From the NCBI RefSeq assembly GCF_009834535.1, contig NC_045697.1, positions 37,574,001-37,638,000 of the forward strand: a DNA stretch of 64,000 nucleotides, read 5' to 3'. The translations under genes and the position numbers were made by a program. Below, in pieces: positions 12,830-24,941 of the stretch. The DNA is from Camelus ferus. Its lineage: Eukaryota. The notes beneath the pieces are model-generated. The model saw only the letters and a program-made list of their open reading frames with translations. It was not told the DNA's origin and searched no databases. Within the stretch, counting starts at the first letter, position 1. Each line of letters begins with the position of its first letter.

Positions 12830-13157
12830 CATATTCTCCACTCTGGTCTTTATTAGTAATAAAGTTTGATTTTATCTAATCCTTCTTTCTTATTCCTCAA
12901 ACTCAGGAGGGAAAAATACATTTAGTGGCCTCCTAAAACTCCAACTTCATCCACCCAATATAAGACTTTCTCCCGTCCCACTCAGTGGGCAGTGGATGGG
13001 CCTTTGGTCTCTCTGCCTGACTGTCTCGAGTGGTTGGAAATGTCTCCCCAGTCAAATTAGAAGGGCTCTTAAGTTTATTGGAAACCCATCACAGCAGCAC
13101 TAAACAAACCTGCCCTGTCTCTTTCAGAGTAGACATCATCAATTTCTCTAGTTAGTT

Positions 13158-13700
13158 TGTTGCAGAAAAAAGTGTTACAGCTCAGTGGTGACAGCAACCT
13201 GGATCCAGGCAAGAGACCAAGCATCACTCAGAGAGTTGGAGAACTCAGGCTGATTATGCCAGCGGGTCCAGAGGAGTTAACACCCCAAGCTCTGGACCAT
13301 CTGTAGGTTTACACAGGCTTTTATAGGCTGCCAGTTTACACTTTGCAACATCATATGCAAATAAGGTATAACAAAAGTTGACTAATTAGGAACAAGCTTT
13401 GTAGAATGGACCAATCAGGAGTGAGCTCCATGCAAATAAAGTACTAAAAATGGACCAATCAGAAGTTAGGGAAATGGATCAATAAGGAGTGAAGGAAATA
13501 ACCAATCAGGAGTGAGCTCAGGGAACCAATAGAATTTTAGGGGTAAGTTCCACTTTCCTAGAAGAAAGCCATTTCAGAAGGCAAAAAGGAGAGAGAGCCT
13601 CTGGGCCAGGGAACCGGATGGTGCTGGCAGGAGAGAAGTGGCCCTGCCTGAGGGTCCTGCCAGTCTTTTTATGGGGCTTCCACCTCACGTTATCCCAACA
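13158..13700 (-). mobile_element. Solo endogenous retroviral LTR (family unassigned, appears relatively young)
   Basis: Inverted termini TGTTG...CAACA; minus-strand TATAAAA at 13319-13325; repeated ~23-bp CCAAT units in the U3-like part; no clear TSD. Confidence 0.75.
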
Positions 13701-13738
13701 GCCTGCAACTTTTCCTCTTACAAGAGGTTTGAATAATG

Positions 13739-13924
13739 CAGTGGTCCTCAAACTTGAGTGGGTGTCAGAATCAGGTAGAGGGCTTGTCACCACGTGGGTT
13801 CCTGGGCCCCCTTCCCAGAGTTTCTGATTCAGTAGGTCTGGGCAGAGCTGGAAATTTTTCACACCTAGCAAGTTCCCAAGTGCTGCAATGCTGTGATCTA
13901 GGGACCACACTTTGAGAACCACTG
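13739..13924. mobile_element. MER5A hAT MITE, near full length
   Basis: TIRs 'cagtggtcctcaaa' / 'tttgagaaccactg' and internal 'gtttctgattcagtaggtctggg'. Confidence 0.9.
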
Positions 13925-14349
13925 AGCTGGAGAGACGCAATGTATAGGGTGGTAGCAAGAGTCCTCATGCTGGCTGTGCCATCTTTTAATAAAATACAAA
14001 TGTCCCCTATAAAGACCAAGGACTCTGTCTGTATCACAGCTGTGAGGATCAACAGCAATAACACCATATGCGTGCTCTGCAAACTGTCTGAGGTTGTGCA
14101 GGCAGGAAACATGGCTTGAAGAGATTTGCCTGTGGACTTCACCTAAGTGTTAATATCCTCTTTCAAAGTGACCTGAGACGGAATATGCAACAGAATCCAC
14201 TGACCCATTTCCTGTCTGTTTCCTGTACGGATTCCTTTGCTTTCCAGAAGTTCTTATAACCCAGAAGTAAAAGCAAAAGGGGTAACATATACTGAGTGCT
14301 TTCGTGTGCACACGAAAGAGGCCATATCCTAAAAGAGGATGCTGAGGCA

Positions 14350-14512
14350 CTTCCCAGCTGGGACCATTATTCTGAGCCTCAGTTTCATCTGCAGGAAGGG
14401 CTAACAATAACCCTACCTCATAAGCTGTTGTGAAGGCTGAGTTAATACACGCAAAGCTCCCAGCAACAGACCTGGATGGATTCATTAATACTGTTGCTGT
14501 TACTATTATTTT
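14350..14512 (+). mobile_element. MIR SINE
   Basis: 'tctgagcctcagtttcatctgca...cctacctcataagctgttgtgaagg'. Confidence 0.75.
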
Positions 14513-14522
14513 GTTCATTAAA

Positions 14523-14630
14523 TTTTTTTTAATTTATTTATTTGAAGGGGGTAATTAAGTGTATTTATTAATTATTTTTAGTGGAGGTATTGGGGATTGA
14601 ACCCACTCTACACTGAGCTATACTCTCCCT
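14523..14630 (-). mobile_element. Camelid tRNA-Ala SINE with internal deletion
   Basis: Minus strand reads 'gggagagtatagctcagtgtagagtgggttcaatccccaatacctcca' followed by the long A-rich tail containing 'taattaccccc'. Confidence 0.85.
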
Positions 14631-15729
14631 CACTATTTTCTCCATTTTAAAGATGAGGATTGAGTCTTAAGAGAGTTTGAGAAATATACGCCAAATCTCT
14701 CAGCTGGAACTTCTTTGTAATTCTGTCTCTCACTTCAAGAGAGGAATTGAGGCAGAAAAGTCAAACTGAAATGTGCAGCCACCCCTCAGCCATCATCACC
14801 TCTGCCTGTGGGAGACAATACGAATGGGTCACAACACACTGCTCTGCAGAGCCAGACAAGGCTTTAGAACCTTCCTGGGAGTGGTACTGTGGCTGATGAG
14901 GGCTGCCTGGAAGCCCAGGAGACAGACCTGTTTGGACACACCAGGAGGAAAAAACTGATTCTGAGGACACTGCTAGAGTGTTATAAAGTGGAAGGACCAA
15001 ACGCAGTCATGGAGACCTGGAAGGAAAGGTTTAGGCTACCTACCTACCAACAGGGAAGGAGTCCTACCGCCACCTCCTTCTCCTTGTGGGTGACGTTTCC
15101 CTGACTCACTACCTTCCCGAGCTTGAGGTGAAGTCAGAGAAAAGAGGGGCGATGTCTCCTGCTACTCTACCTTTGGTCTAGACCAATGGTTTCTTTATCA
15201 TTTAAAAAAATAACTTTGTATTTCAAAAGACACGCTTCAGTGGCTCAATTTTGTCCAAGACAACTTTGCATTAACTTTGCATTTACTTCCCGATCTGCAG
15301 AAGGAGCTCTATTAAAACCGAATAAAAAGGGAAACATTTTCAGGATCAAAGCAGATGAAACATTACAGAAACGCCATCATCATATGCAAAGGTCCAGTAA
15401 TTCTACACTGTGAGTCCCCGATTCTTTGCAGTGGTGCTAGAAAAATTAATTGTTTAATCGTAATGAAGACATGGCTATAAGTAATATTAATTGATATTGC
15501 CTTGGGCCTACATTTTATTTTCCTACCACACTGGGAAGGGGATTATTATGCACAGTAATGGATAATCTTCAAAGAGATGTTTTATCATTCTCCCACCCCC
15601 TGTCCAGCATACACTCACAGGCACTTTCTCTTGCCTTTATTCCCTGGTGTGACTTCACAAGTTCTCATTCTAGCTAAGAGCTCAGAACAGAACCAAGTTC
15701 TCCTTGAAGGTGACCATGTTTAAAATCAT

Positions 15730-16260
15730 AGCTAATACATATTAAACTCTTAGATGTTCCAGGCACAGTCTTGTTTATTTAATAAGCATCATCTAGTGCT
15801 TACTGTGGGCCAGGTGCTCTTCTAAGCACTTCACAAATGTTATCTCCTTTAATTCTCTCAATTCTATACAATTTTACAAAAGAATGGACCTAGGCCCAGA
15901 AAGGTCAAGTAACTTGCCTGAGGTCACACAGCTAGAAAGTGGCACAACGATTACCTTATGAGCAGGTGTGATGATGCAGCGTAGGGAGTGTATAACGTTA
16001 GGTGTTCGTGGTTAAGCTCTGGCTCTCTGCTGATGACCTTCACCCTGGGTGTGAACGATATTCACATGCTTTAATTCAGTTAACCCTTAGTTAACCCTAC
16101 AAGGTGGGCGCTGTTATTTCTTTCCATTTCACAGTTAATATGAACCAAGACAAAAAAGGCTGAGTAACTTGCCACAGCCACACAGCTAATACACGGGATT
16201 CAAACCCAGGAGGCAGACTCCAGGGTAGGTACCTGTGTCCAGTACGCTGTACAGGAGAGA
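15730..16260 (-). mobile_element. Cluster of MIR fragments
   Basis: 'ggcccagaaaggtcaagtaacttgcctgaggtcacacagctagaaagtggca' and 'ggctgagtaacttgccacagccacacagcta...gggattcaaacccagg'. Confidence 0.75.
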
Positions 16261-18899
16261 CTTCTCGCTCAGTTTCTGCTATACTTTGCCTCAGGCATAA
16301 TTCTCTTGTTTCCCCTTTCAAATGAGTCTTGACCACCACTGCTTGTGCTGTTTCGTTTTGTGATTCCTGAATCAACCATTTCATTCCAGTATCCAAACAT
16401 TCACCTCCGGGGTGCTGCACACAGCTGCTCTCGAGGCAAGTCCAGACACAGGAGTAAGTCTGTCTCCTTCTCCAACACCAGGGCGAAGATCACATGCAAT
16501 AGTCAGGATTTAGTCATGCTCAAAACCAGGCATTCCTCAGACCACATCGTCAAACCTGCTCAAAGAGAACCATTGTGCTGAGGAACAGACAACTTCATAT
16601 CACGTGGCTCTTCACCTAAGAATTGGCATTTCCCCAGCAATTAAATTTTCTTGCCTACACATCTGGACCTGTCATTATGGCAAAGTCTGGACCAAAGAAT
16701 GAAACTAAGTTAAGTTTTAAATAAAAAGGTAAAAGGAAAGGTTTGCAAAACAAAGTGCATTGGAAACACTATCTTTTCAACCATTTCACGTATTTAGCAT
16801 TTGAGGGACATAGACTCTCCCTGGAGATTTTGGAAACCAAAACACCTGGATTCTAGGGGCTCGTGCTAATGTTGTCTTAGAGACAGTCCCTCTCTCTCTC
16901 CCCCAGCGAAGCAGCACATTGCTGTTCATTTCCTGATGGAGAACTCCCGGGAGTTGGAAACAAGATGTTTGCAATGGATGCCCTTTATCTTTGGAATCCC
17001 TTCCTTCCTGGACTGGCAGAATCTAAATCTCTCGGCCTTCAACAAAGCCTGTTCCAAGGTTTGTCTTTTTAATTGAGCTTCCGCTTAAGAATACTTAAGA
17101 CTCTCTGTATTTGCTTACTACTGACACCACTGTGAAACCTGGTCAGACAGTGCAAGGCCCTCATTTTCCCCCTGACTTTTAAAGGGCCAACTCAACGCTC
17201 ATTTAGCTAGTAACTAACCCCCTTCTTGTAGTTTTCTATTAAGAATGTTTTCTTTTCTTAGACCCTAGAAAAAGGCTTTGCAGTGATTTGCTTAGATCTT
17301 AATTTTGACTCTCAGGGGAGTTAAACCCTCTGTAAGAGGAAGCACAGAGAGAAAGCCTGTAGGAGCGGATTCCCAAAGCCAGGCTAAGCCAGATCCCAGC
17401 CTCACATGTGAGCTTCAATCTCCAGAAACTTCAGAACAAATAAGAAGGCATTTAAATTAATTTTAAAATAATTTTAATGTTCATAACTTTAAAGTTTTAG
17501 TAAAGAGAGCTGTTTTTCCTAAGTTTGTCTTGCACAAAAAAATTGAAATGCTGTGTTCTTTGTCCCAATTTGAGTAACCAAACTGACCTGAGATCATGAA
17601 TTTTGTAGGGAGAAAAAAAATCATATAAACACAAACTTTCCAAAAGCAACATATTTAGTGACTAGAAGTTTATTTTTTTGCACTGAAATCCATTTTATCA
17701 TGTGTCCCATTGTCCTAGTAAAACTTGACTGAGGAAATCAAAATGAACGTTAAAATAGGGGTTGATGTTTTGCAGCTCAGCCTGACTCTCGTTAACTCTT
17801 CATCTGCACATTTCCATGTTAGTGACTCTCTGCAAAGCCATCCGTCCCTTTTCCAGAGCTCAGTTCATAATAAGGACTGGGCTTCATGCTCACCCTGGTT
17901 TGCCATCATCCTGCTGTTTCCCAGCACCTGTAACAACTCCAAGATGGCTTTTTAAGCCACTAAGGTCACTTGTGGCGATCCAGGCAGAAGGCAGGAAGAC
18001 CCCACGATGTTTGCAGGTCAGAGTACTCCCTGAATCTTGGCTTCTGCACTCCTGCTTCCTGCCTGCTCGCCCTTGAAGGAGTCCCAGTGGGGCCATGAAC
18101 TGGAAGATGCAGTTCCCACAACGCAGACATGATCAAGACTCCAAGTCTTGGATTTTCTATGACCCCTGGGCCCCTATCTTGCTGACTTCCCCTCCCCGCC
18201 CCTCCTCTCCAGGTGTTTGAAATGACAAGCTGCTATTTATTTTGCTCCCGTTCCCATTTTAACAGAAACCAGTGGCCAAAGTTGTACCAGGTGGTGCTGT
18301 TGATAAACAAGGAGTTCTAATCCAAGATTTCCTCCTGGAACACCAGCTTCTTTTTTCTGGCTGATGACCGAAGTGGGAGGAAACTTGGCTACGCCACCTA
18401 GATATTTTTCCTTTGGTGGCTCCTCTCCATTTCCCATAGAGTAACAGGGGAAGAGAATGGAACGCTGGCTGTGCAGGAGTCCCTGGGGGCTATTTCTGGT
18501 GGTGACCAACCTTACTCAACTTACTAAATTCCTGAGGCCAGGCACCTCCCGCCTGAACCCGGTCTTAAGGTGGTACCCGCTTGACTCTGGGGCTCCCCAG
18601 TGACGCTCCTTCACCTGACACAGCCACGCAATATCCAGCCTTTAGATCTCGTGCACTTTCCATCAGAATACTTCTTGTCTCTGTTCCTGGACAGAGGAGG
18701 TACTCAATAGACATTTTGAAAGTTGAATGAACTATACTCGTTGTTTTCTAGTTTCACTAATATTCTGTTATTCCAGAATGAATGCACCAATCCAGTGACT
18801 GATTCTCCGGTTTCTAAGTTTTGTGAGAGACAATGGAGCATGCTGGAGGCTGAAGACCTGATGGAGATCAGCTTGGCCATATATTGACCCTGTGGCCTT

Positions 18900-19745
18900 G
18901 GTTAGTTTCTTCACAGATGTGAGAAGCACTGATTGAGGGACTATGGATCAAGGACTGTGTGAAACATGGGAGACAGAGAAATGAAATGCACAGTGCCTGC
19001 CTGCAAGCGGCAAGGATCCCATGGTCTAGTGGGGATGAAGGGTGTGGAAAACGGCAACATCTGCACGGTATGATGCAGGTGTGTGGTTAAGATGTCAGGG
19101 AGGTGCAGTGAAGAGCCAGTCCAGCTGTTGGTGGGAGGGGCAGCCAGGGACACCTTCCCAGAGGAAATCACACTTTGACTAAGTCCAGAATTATGAGTCA
19201 TCCATTCAAGAAAGGGGAAGAAAAGTACTTCTGGCCTAGAAAACAGAACATACAAAGCCAAAAACGGTCAGAGGTTATCAATGACGGTTCTACAAAGCTG
19301 GAGTGAATGTTCTCATGGAAGAAGGTAGATGAGGCTAGAAGGTGAGGCAAGGGGCTGTGTTTGATTTTCACCCTGAAGATGGTGGGGAGCAAGTGAGGGT
19401 TTAATACCAGGAGTAGCCTGATCAGACATGCATTCTCGAATTCTCACTCTGACTATGGAAGAAAAAGCAGTAGAGGGAATTAAAATTCATTTATTCAACA
19501 GATATTTAGTGGCATCTTCTGTGTAGAAGCAGTGGCATCTTCTGTGTAGAGGCAGTGTAGAAGAGGAAGACTTAGAGGCCAATGTAAGACGGTGGGAATG
19601 AAAAGAAGGACATTGACTGGAGAGACATTTAGGAGGTGTAATTAATAAAACTCATTGATAGCTTAGCTAGGTGAGGGCAGAAGAGAGCAAAGGGATCTTG
19701 GATGACTTTCAGGGTTCTTTCTTGGGTAATCGGACAGCCAATGAT
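18900..19745 (-). mobile_element. L2 LINE fragments
   Basis: 'cagtgcctgcctgcaag...atggtctagtgggg', 'ccttcccagaggaaat', 'gagtagcctgatcagacatgcattc', 'gatgactttcagggttct'. Confidence 0.7.
19508..19553 (+). repeat. 23-bp tandem duplication
   Basis: agtggcatcttctgtgtagaagc / agtggcatcttctgtgtagaggc. Confidence 0.9.
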
Positions 19746-19754
19746 GACATTCAT

Positions 19755-19935
19755 ATAGTGTTTCTTAATAGAGGTGCTAGTGGCACTTTGGACAAGAAAA
19801 TTCTTTATATGTGGGACTTTCTTGTGCATTTTTAAATGTTTGGCATCTTTGGCCCAATCCACAAAATTCTAGTAGCATTCCTTAGTCATTGTGACATCTA
19901 AAAAGTGACTCCCCACATTTCCAAATACCCCTTGA
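19755..19935. mobile_element. MER3/MER20-type hAT MITE
   Basis: 'agtgtttcttaatagaggtgctagtggcactttggac...aattcttt...ccttagtcattgtgaca...cacatttccaaatacccc'. Confidence 0.7.
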
Positions 19936-20249
19936 GAGCCAGAATACCGAAGGAAGAAGATACTGGGGCTGGCAAGGAGGAACGAGACCATTTCGGGTCA
20001 TCCTCAATTTGAGGTACTCATTAAAGCCTTCCATGTCTGCATCTGCTGTGTACCAGGACACAGGCAAGAGGAGATGCCAACTTCTCACTGCAGCACACCT
20101 GCGCTGCCCTCACTTGCAGACCATACGTGAGTTCACCCACCCAGCCATTGCAGAATTTAACTCGTCCAATCAAAACCTAACTTCAAAACAAATTTGAAAA
20201 ATTTTTTCGAAGTAATTAGTTATAGCTATCTATGCTTCTTATCCTTTCC

Positions 20250-20546
20250 TTTTTTTTTTTAATTGAGTATAGTTGATTCACAATGTCATGTTAGTTTCTG
20301 GTGTATAGCATGGTGATTCAGTTATACATATATATATCTTTTTCATATTCTTTTTCATTATAGGTTATTATAAGAAAAAAGGATAAGTAATAACCAATTC
20401 CACAGCTACACAAAAAATAAAAAAGAGAATACTATGAATAGCTACATGCCAACAAATTGGACAACCTAGAAGAAATGGGCAAGTTTCTAGAAACATACAG
20501 TCTACCAAAACTTAATCAAGAAGAAATAGATAATTTGAACAAACCA
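20250..20546 (-). mobile_element. Short L1 insertion: antisense 3' end plus an inverted ORF2 segment
   Basis: Poly-T and reverse L1 3' UTR at 20250-20375; 20376-20546 on + translates as [54 protein letters not shown], matching L1 ORF2. Confidence 0.85.
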
Positions 20547-21182
20547 CTTCCTTCTCCATCTTTCCCACCTCCTGGCACTACCAACCACCCAGACGTTGTC
20601 CAGGACTTCTGAGAGCTGTGGTTCAGCACTGCCTCCAACACACTACGGAGGTGTGTGAAGGGCAGGCTCACGCTCACTCTCAGCCTGCTCAGTCCTCCAA
20701 CCTCACTTGGTTCCATAGCTCTGCTCACCTTGAGCTTCTTTGTTCTAGTGACCCATTAAAATGCCCTTAAGCTTCCCCTCACTCTCTCTTAGGCAAGATC
20801 TGATATTCTCCCATGGCTCTGGTATCAAAGCTCTAAGTAAAAGGTGCCTCTGCTTCTCACCCCACTTCTCACAGGACTCACCCACTTACTGATAAAGCCA
20901 GGGGCATGCATGTCATTGCCCAGGGAGTATGTGTCAGATAAGAGGATGCAAGGGCAGAACTTTGGTGAACATCAACATTGAAGGAGGGAGCGGAAGCAGA
21001 GGCATCTCAAGAGAACCCAAGAAGTAGCAGGCACAGGGTGGGAGGAAAACCAGGAGAAGCCACGAAGGAAAAGACCTCCTGAAGGAAGGGCTGATCTAGC
21101 ATTAAATATGACAGGGAGGCCAAATACAATGAAAACTAGGAATAAGTATTCTGAACACAGCAACCAGGGGGAAACCGGTATC

Positions 21183-21580
21183 CCTGGTTAATCAGTCAGG
21201 CTAGGCTAGGTTATGTTGCTTTAACAAATGACGCCCGCACCTCAATGACATATAATACCAGAGCAAACATTTCTTGCTCTCATTACAGGTCCTCTGTGGG
21301 TTATTGGCTTTTGAGGTGTTCAGGTCCTTTTCATGCTAAGACCCAGGCTTACAGGGCAGCCTCTACCCAGAGGGAAAAGAGCACTGGATTGTAAAGGTTC
21401 TGCTTGGAATTGATAATTATCATCTTCACTCACATTTCATTGGCCAAAGGCAGTCACGAAACCAAGCTGGATGTCAATGGGACAAGTATAGTCAGAAAGT
21501 TGTCTGGTAGGGAGGAGCCAATAAAGAGAATTCCCACGGGAGGGACAGAAAATATTTTTGAATAATAACATAGTCTGCCT
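21183..21580 (-). mobile_element. MaLR LTR (MLT1K-like)
   Basis: 'cagtcaggctaggctaggttatgttgctttaacaaa' and 'actcacatttcattggccaaaggcagtcac'. Confidence 0.7.
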
Positions 21581-22189
21581 CATTTGGCCAAGGAGTTTTT
21601 CTCTCGCTCTCAGTTTTTCCTTCTATAAGATGAAGGTGATTATATTACCACCCCTCTCAGGTTGACATGAGGCATAAATGACATGATGTGTGTGAAAAAT
21701 TACAACGGAAGATGATTTTATCTCTAATGTACCCAATGCACAGCCATTATTATTAGTAGTAAATTTTCTCTGTCTATATCATGCTATGCCCCTATACTCA
21801 AGAGCCGTTGCTCCCCTATACCATTCAAATCAGGATCTGATGCCTTCTACCAACTGGCTTGTTTGGCGTTCGTTTCCAATGATCCCTCTTTGTACTTACA
21901 AGCTATTCAGACTCTGCCTCAAGTGCCTTTCTCTCTCTTCTTTTCCCCAAACTCATGTCTCTTATCTCCTTTTGCGGTCACCTCAAAGCCACTCCCTCCA
22001 GAAAGGCATCTTGGATTGAACCAGCTCAACCCTGACGACTCCTCCATTGCTTTGCATGACCTGTATCATTTGGTCCCAGCTCAGTGTGGTGTGTGAATGT
22101 CCAGCGGTGGTTTCCAACGTATGTATGTGTATGTGTGAAATTTTATGAGAATCCTGAGATCGAGGGGATCGGGTTATAGAATGTGCGGT

Positions 22190-22620
22190 CTATGCTGGTT
22201 ATTCTCCCTGTGCTTGTCTCAGTCTATTTTCCACCATTCCCTGTCTTGTTCTGGGCTCCAGGAGGCCGACATCCACAGATGGCAAAACTCAAGATCATTG
22301 CCATCTGCTTGCCAGTTGATTTTCACCAATGGGAGGCATAAAGGATTGGAAGATAGGAGAGAGGCCAGGGTATTTGCTCTCTCTTGCACCCTAGGCAGGT
22401 ACTGTGGATATAGCTTCTGCCGGGCACCTCCCTGCCACTGCTCAGCCTCCAGTAGCACCGTCCCCACCTCCTGCTCCTTCCTGTTACAGAGGCTCACTCG
22501 CATTCTTGCAGAAGAGGGTGACAACCCCTTCCTCTCCTGCCCCCATGTATATACGTTTAAGGCATTTCGTTAGTCACTTTTCAGTAACACTTCCCTTTGG
22601 GTCCTTATATTCTCCTCTTT
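22190..22620 (+). mobile_element. ERVL LTR (LTR33-like)
   Basis: 'tctgggctccaggaggccgacatccacagatgg...ttgccatctgcttgccagttgattttcaccaatgggaggca...gagagaggccagggtatttgctc'. Confidence 0.7.
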
Positions 22621-23159
22621 AAGGTCAAGTCCAATAGCCATGTTGAGAGTCAAGCACAAGGGCCCTTTGATGGCTAAACAAGATCCCTGCCTTCCAGAGG
22701 ATAGATGCTCTGCCTGGAGTGATGGCTCATCCGGTCTGAATAATTTGTCTCTTTAAGAAGTCATTGGTCCAAATCAAACTATATAAAAATGCATTCCTAT
22801 CATCCTGATGCAGAAGACTTAGTGATCCAAGTAGCGTTATCTTCACCTCGAAATTTCTAGTTAAAAATGGAAAACAGCCTGTGGACCATCCCTGAATTAC
22901 AGTATTAAAACCCTTTTAGTATCTGCAGATCTCAACTATACTTCAATTAAAAAAACAAAAACAAACAAAAAACCCAAAAATATTAGGGAAAAACCCTCTT
23001 ATAAATTGAACAAAATATGTAAAAGTCCCAAAGAAAGGACAGATTTGGAAGACCTCCGAGGTCACCCTAATTTTCTCATGTTTCTGTAATTCTGTTCTGT
23101 AAAATGGTAGAGTATTGACAATCAGTCTGTGGTAATAGGACTTACCTAGGCCTTGCCAC

Positions 23160-23305
23160 GCAGAGTGACCTACGGGCCAGCAAATCAGCATCACCCAGGA
23201 GCCTGTCAGAAACGCAGACCCTCCACCCTACTCCCTGACCTGCTGGGTCAGAATCTGCACATTTAACAGGTGGACCTCTTTGCCCACTGAAATCGAAGAG
23301 GCACT
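23160..23305. mobile_element. MER5-family MITE
   Basis: 'cagcatcacccaggagcctgtcagaaacgcagac...cctgacctgctgggtcagaatctgcacatttaacagg'. Confidence 0.75.
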
Positions 23306-23989
23306 GATCTCAAAGTCCTCTAACAATCTGTGCTGAAGGACTAGTTCTTGGCTTTTTCTTCCTCTAAGCTGTTGTAAATTGTGAAACCTTTGAAAATATA
23401 ATAAAAATAAATTATTAGAATAATAAAATAAAAAGACAGAGATGTAAAATACAAGCCCAAACTTTTTATTATTAGATTCAAAAGCCATGAAATTATTTGG
23501 TCAAGTTGATATGGAAGTCTTTAAATAACACCTACTAGCTGTGCATCTGAATTCCTCATCATTGGCCAGTAACAGTTCACAAATGGCCAGCAGACAGTGG
23601 ACCACACTTTGAGTAGCCCTGTTCTAAGCATATGCCATTTTACAATGAGAAAACAGGCCCAGATAAACAGCATACCCAAGGTGGTACAGCTGGTTAATGA
23701 AAGACCCAATATTGACTTTAACATCTCCAAAACTGTTCCTGAGATAATACCCCTAATGAAAATTTTAAATGTTTATTAAGAACTTGATTAAGATCAGCTG
23801 TAATGTTGTACAAGGATTATCTTGTAGTCACTTTGCATCATTGTCATTGAAATTCTGCCAATGACCTCATTTTATGGTTGAGGAAACTGAAGTTTAGAGA
23901 GGTTGATACTTGGCCCAAGGCCCCTTGATTAAGTAAGTGATGAAGCTGATGTTTGAACTGAAGGTTAACCACAAAGTAAACAAGCTTGT

Positions 23990-24525
23990 ATTTCTCTCCA
24001 GAGAAACAGAACCAGTTGGGTGAATGTGTGTGTGTGTTTAAAGAAATATATTATAAGAAAGTGACTGATGCAATTATGCAGGCAGGCAAGTCCTAAGGTC
24101 TTCAGGGTGAGTCAAAAGCTGAAGATCCTGGAGAATGAGTGGTTAGGTCCAGTTTGAGTTTGGAGGCTTGAGAACCAGGAGATCCAATGGTGCAGTTCCA
24201 TCCAAAGGCTGGCAAGCTTGAGACTCAGGAAGAGTCAATGCTTCAGTTTGAGTCCAAAGGCAAGAAAAAAGCTGATGTTTCAGTTCAAAGGCAGACAAGC
24301 AGGAAGAATTCTTCCTCACTCATGGGAGGGTCAGCATTTTTGCTCTATTCAGGCCTTCAACTGATTAGATGAGGCCCACCCTCCGTTTAGGGCAATCTGC
24401 TTTACTCAGTCTACCAATTGAATGTTAATCTTGTCCAAAAACACCCTCAAAGATACACCCAGAATAATGTTGGGCCAAATATTTAGGCACACAGTCAAAT
24501 TGACACTTAAAATTAACCATCATGA
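23990..24525 (-). mobile_element. MLT2 (ERVL) LTR
   Basis: 'ctccagagaaacagaacca...' to '...tgacacttaaaattaaccatca' is the reverse complement of an MLT2 LTR. Confidence 0.85.
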
Positions 24526-24664
24526 TGTTTAACCACTACCCTGCTCTACCTCCCTTCTCCACTCTGTTCATGAATTATTAATTATGAGGACAAAAGCATC
24601 AGTTATACAGAGCCCACAGGCTTGGATTTGCAGCCAATCCTATTTTACATTAAAATAATATGCT

Positions 24665-24940
24665 GGCCCAAAGTCCCTTGGCATCTGGAATTGAGCCAAG
24701 TTTTCTGCCACTTTCTGATAAGGAACACTTTTCCTCCAATATTCAATAACATAATCCTCATTCCCACCTGAGACCTCACCAGAAGCACCTTTAACATTCA
24801 TATCTGTAGTGACATTCTGGTCCTGACAATATTTGTATTCTCTGAGACAACAGAATCTTTCTCTACAGTTCTCATTTCTTTCTGAATCTTCACCAAAATT
24901 GCCTTTAATGTCTATTTTTACCAATAATATCTTCAAGATA
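24665..24940 (-). mobile_element. MaLR internal (MLT-int) fragment
   Basis: Reverse reads 'gatatgaatgttaaaggtgcttctggtgaggtctcaggtgggaatgagg...attggaggaaaag...aaagtggcagaaaacttggct', typical MaLR internal sequence. Confidence 0.7.
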
Positions 24941-24941
24941 G

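Noticed and set aside
13405..13530. CRISPR-like repeat array
   Set aside because: These are degenerate tandem CCAAT units of an LTR U3, with no unique spacers and no cas genes, in mammalian DNA.
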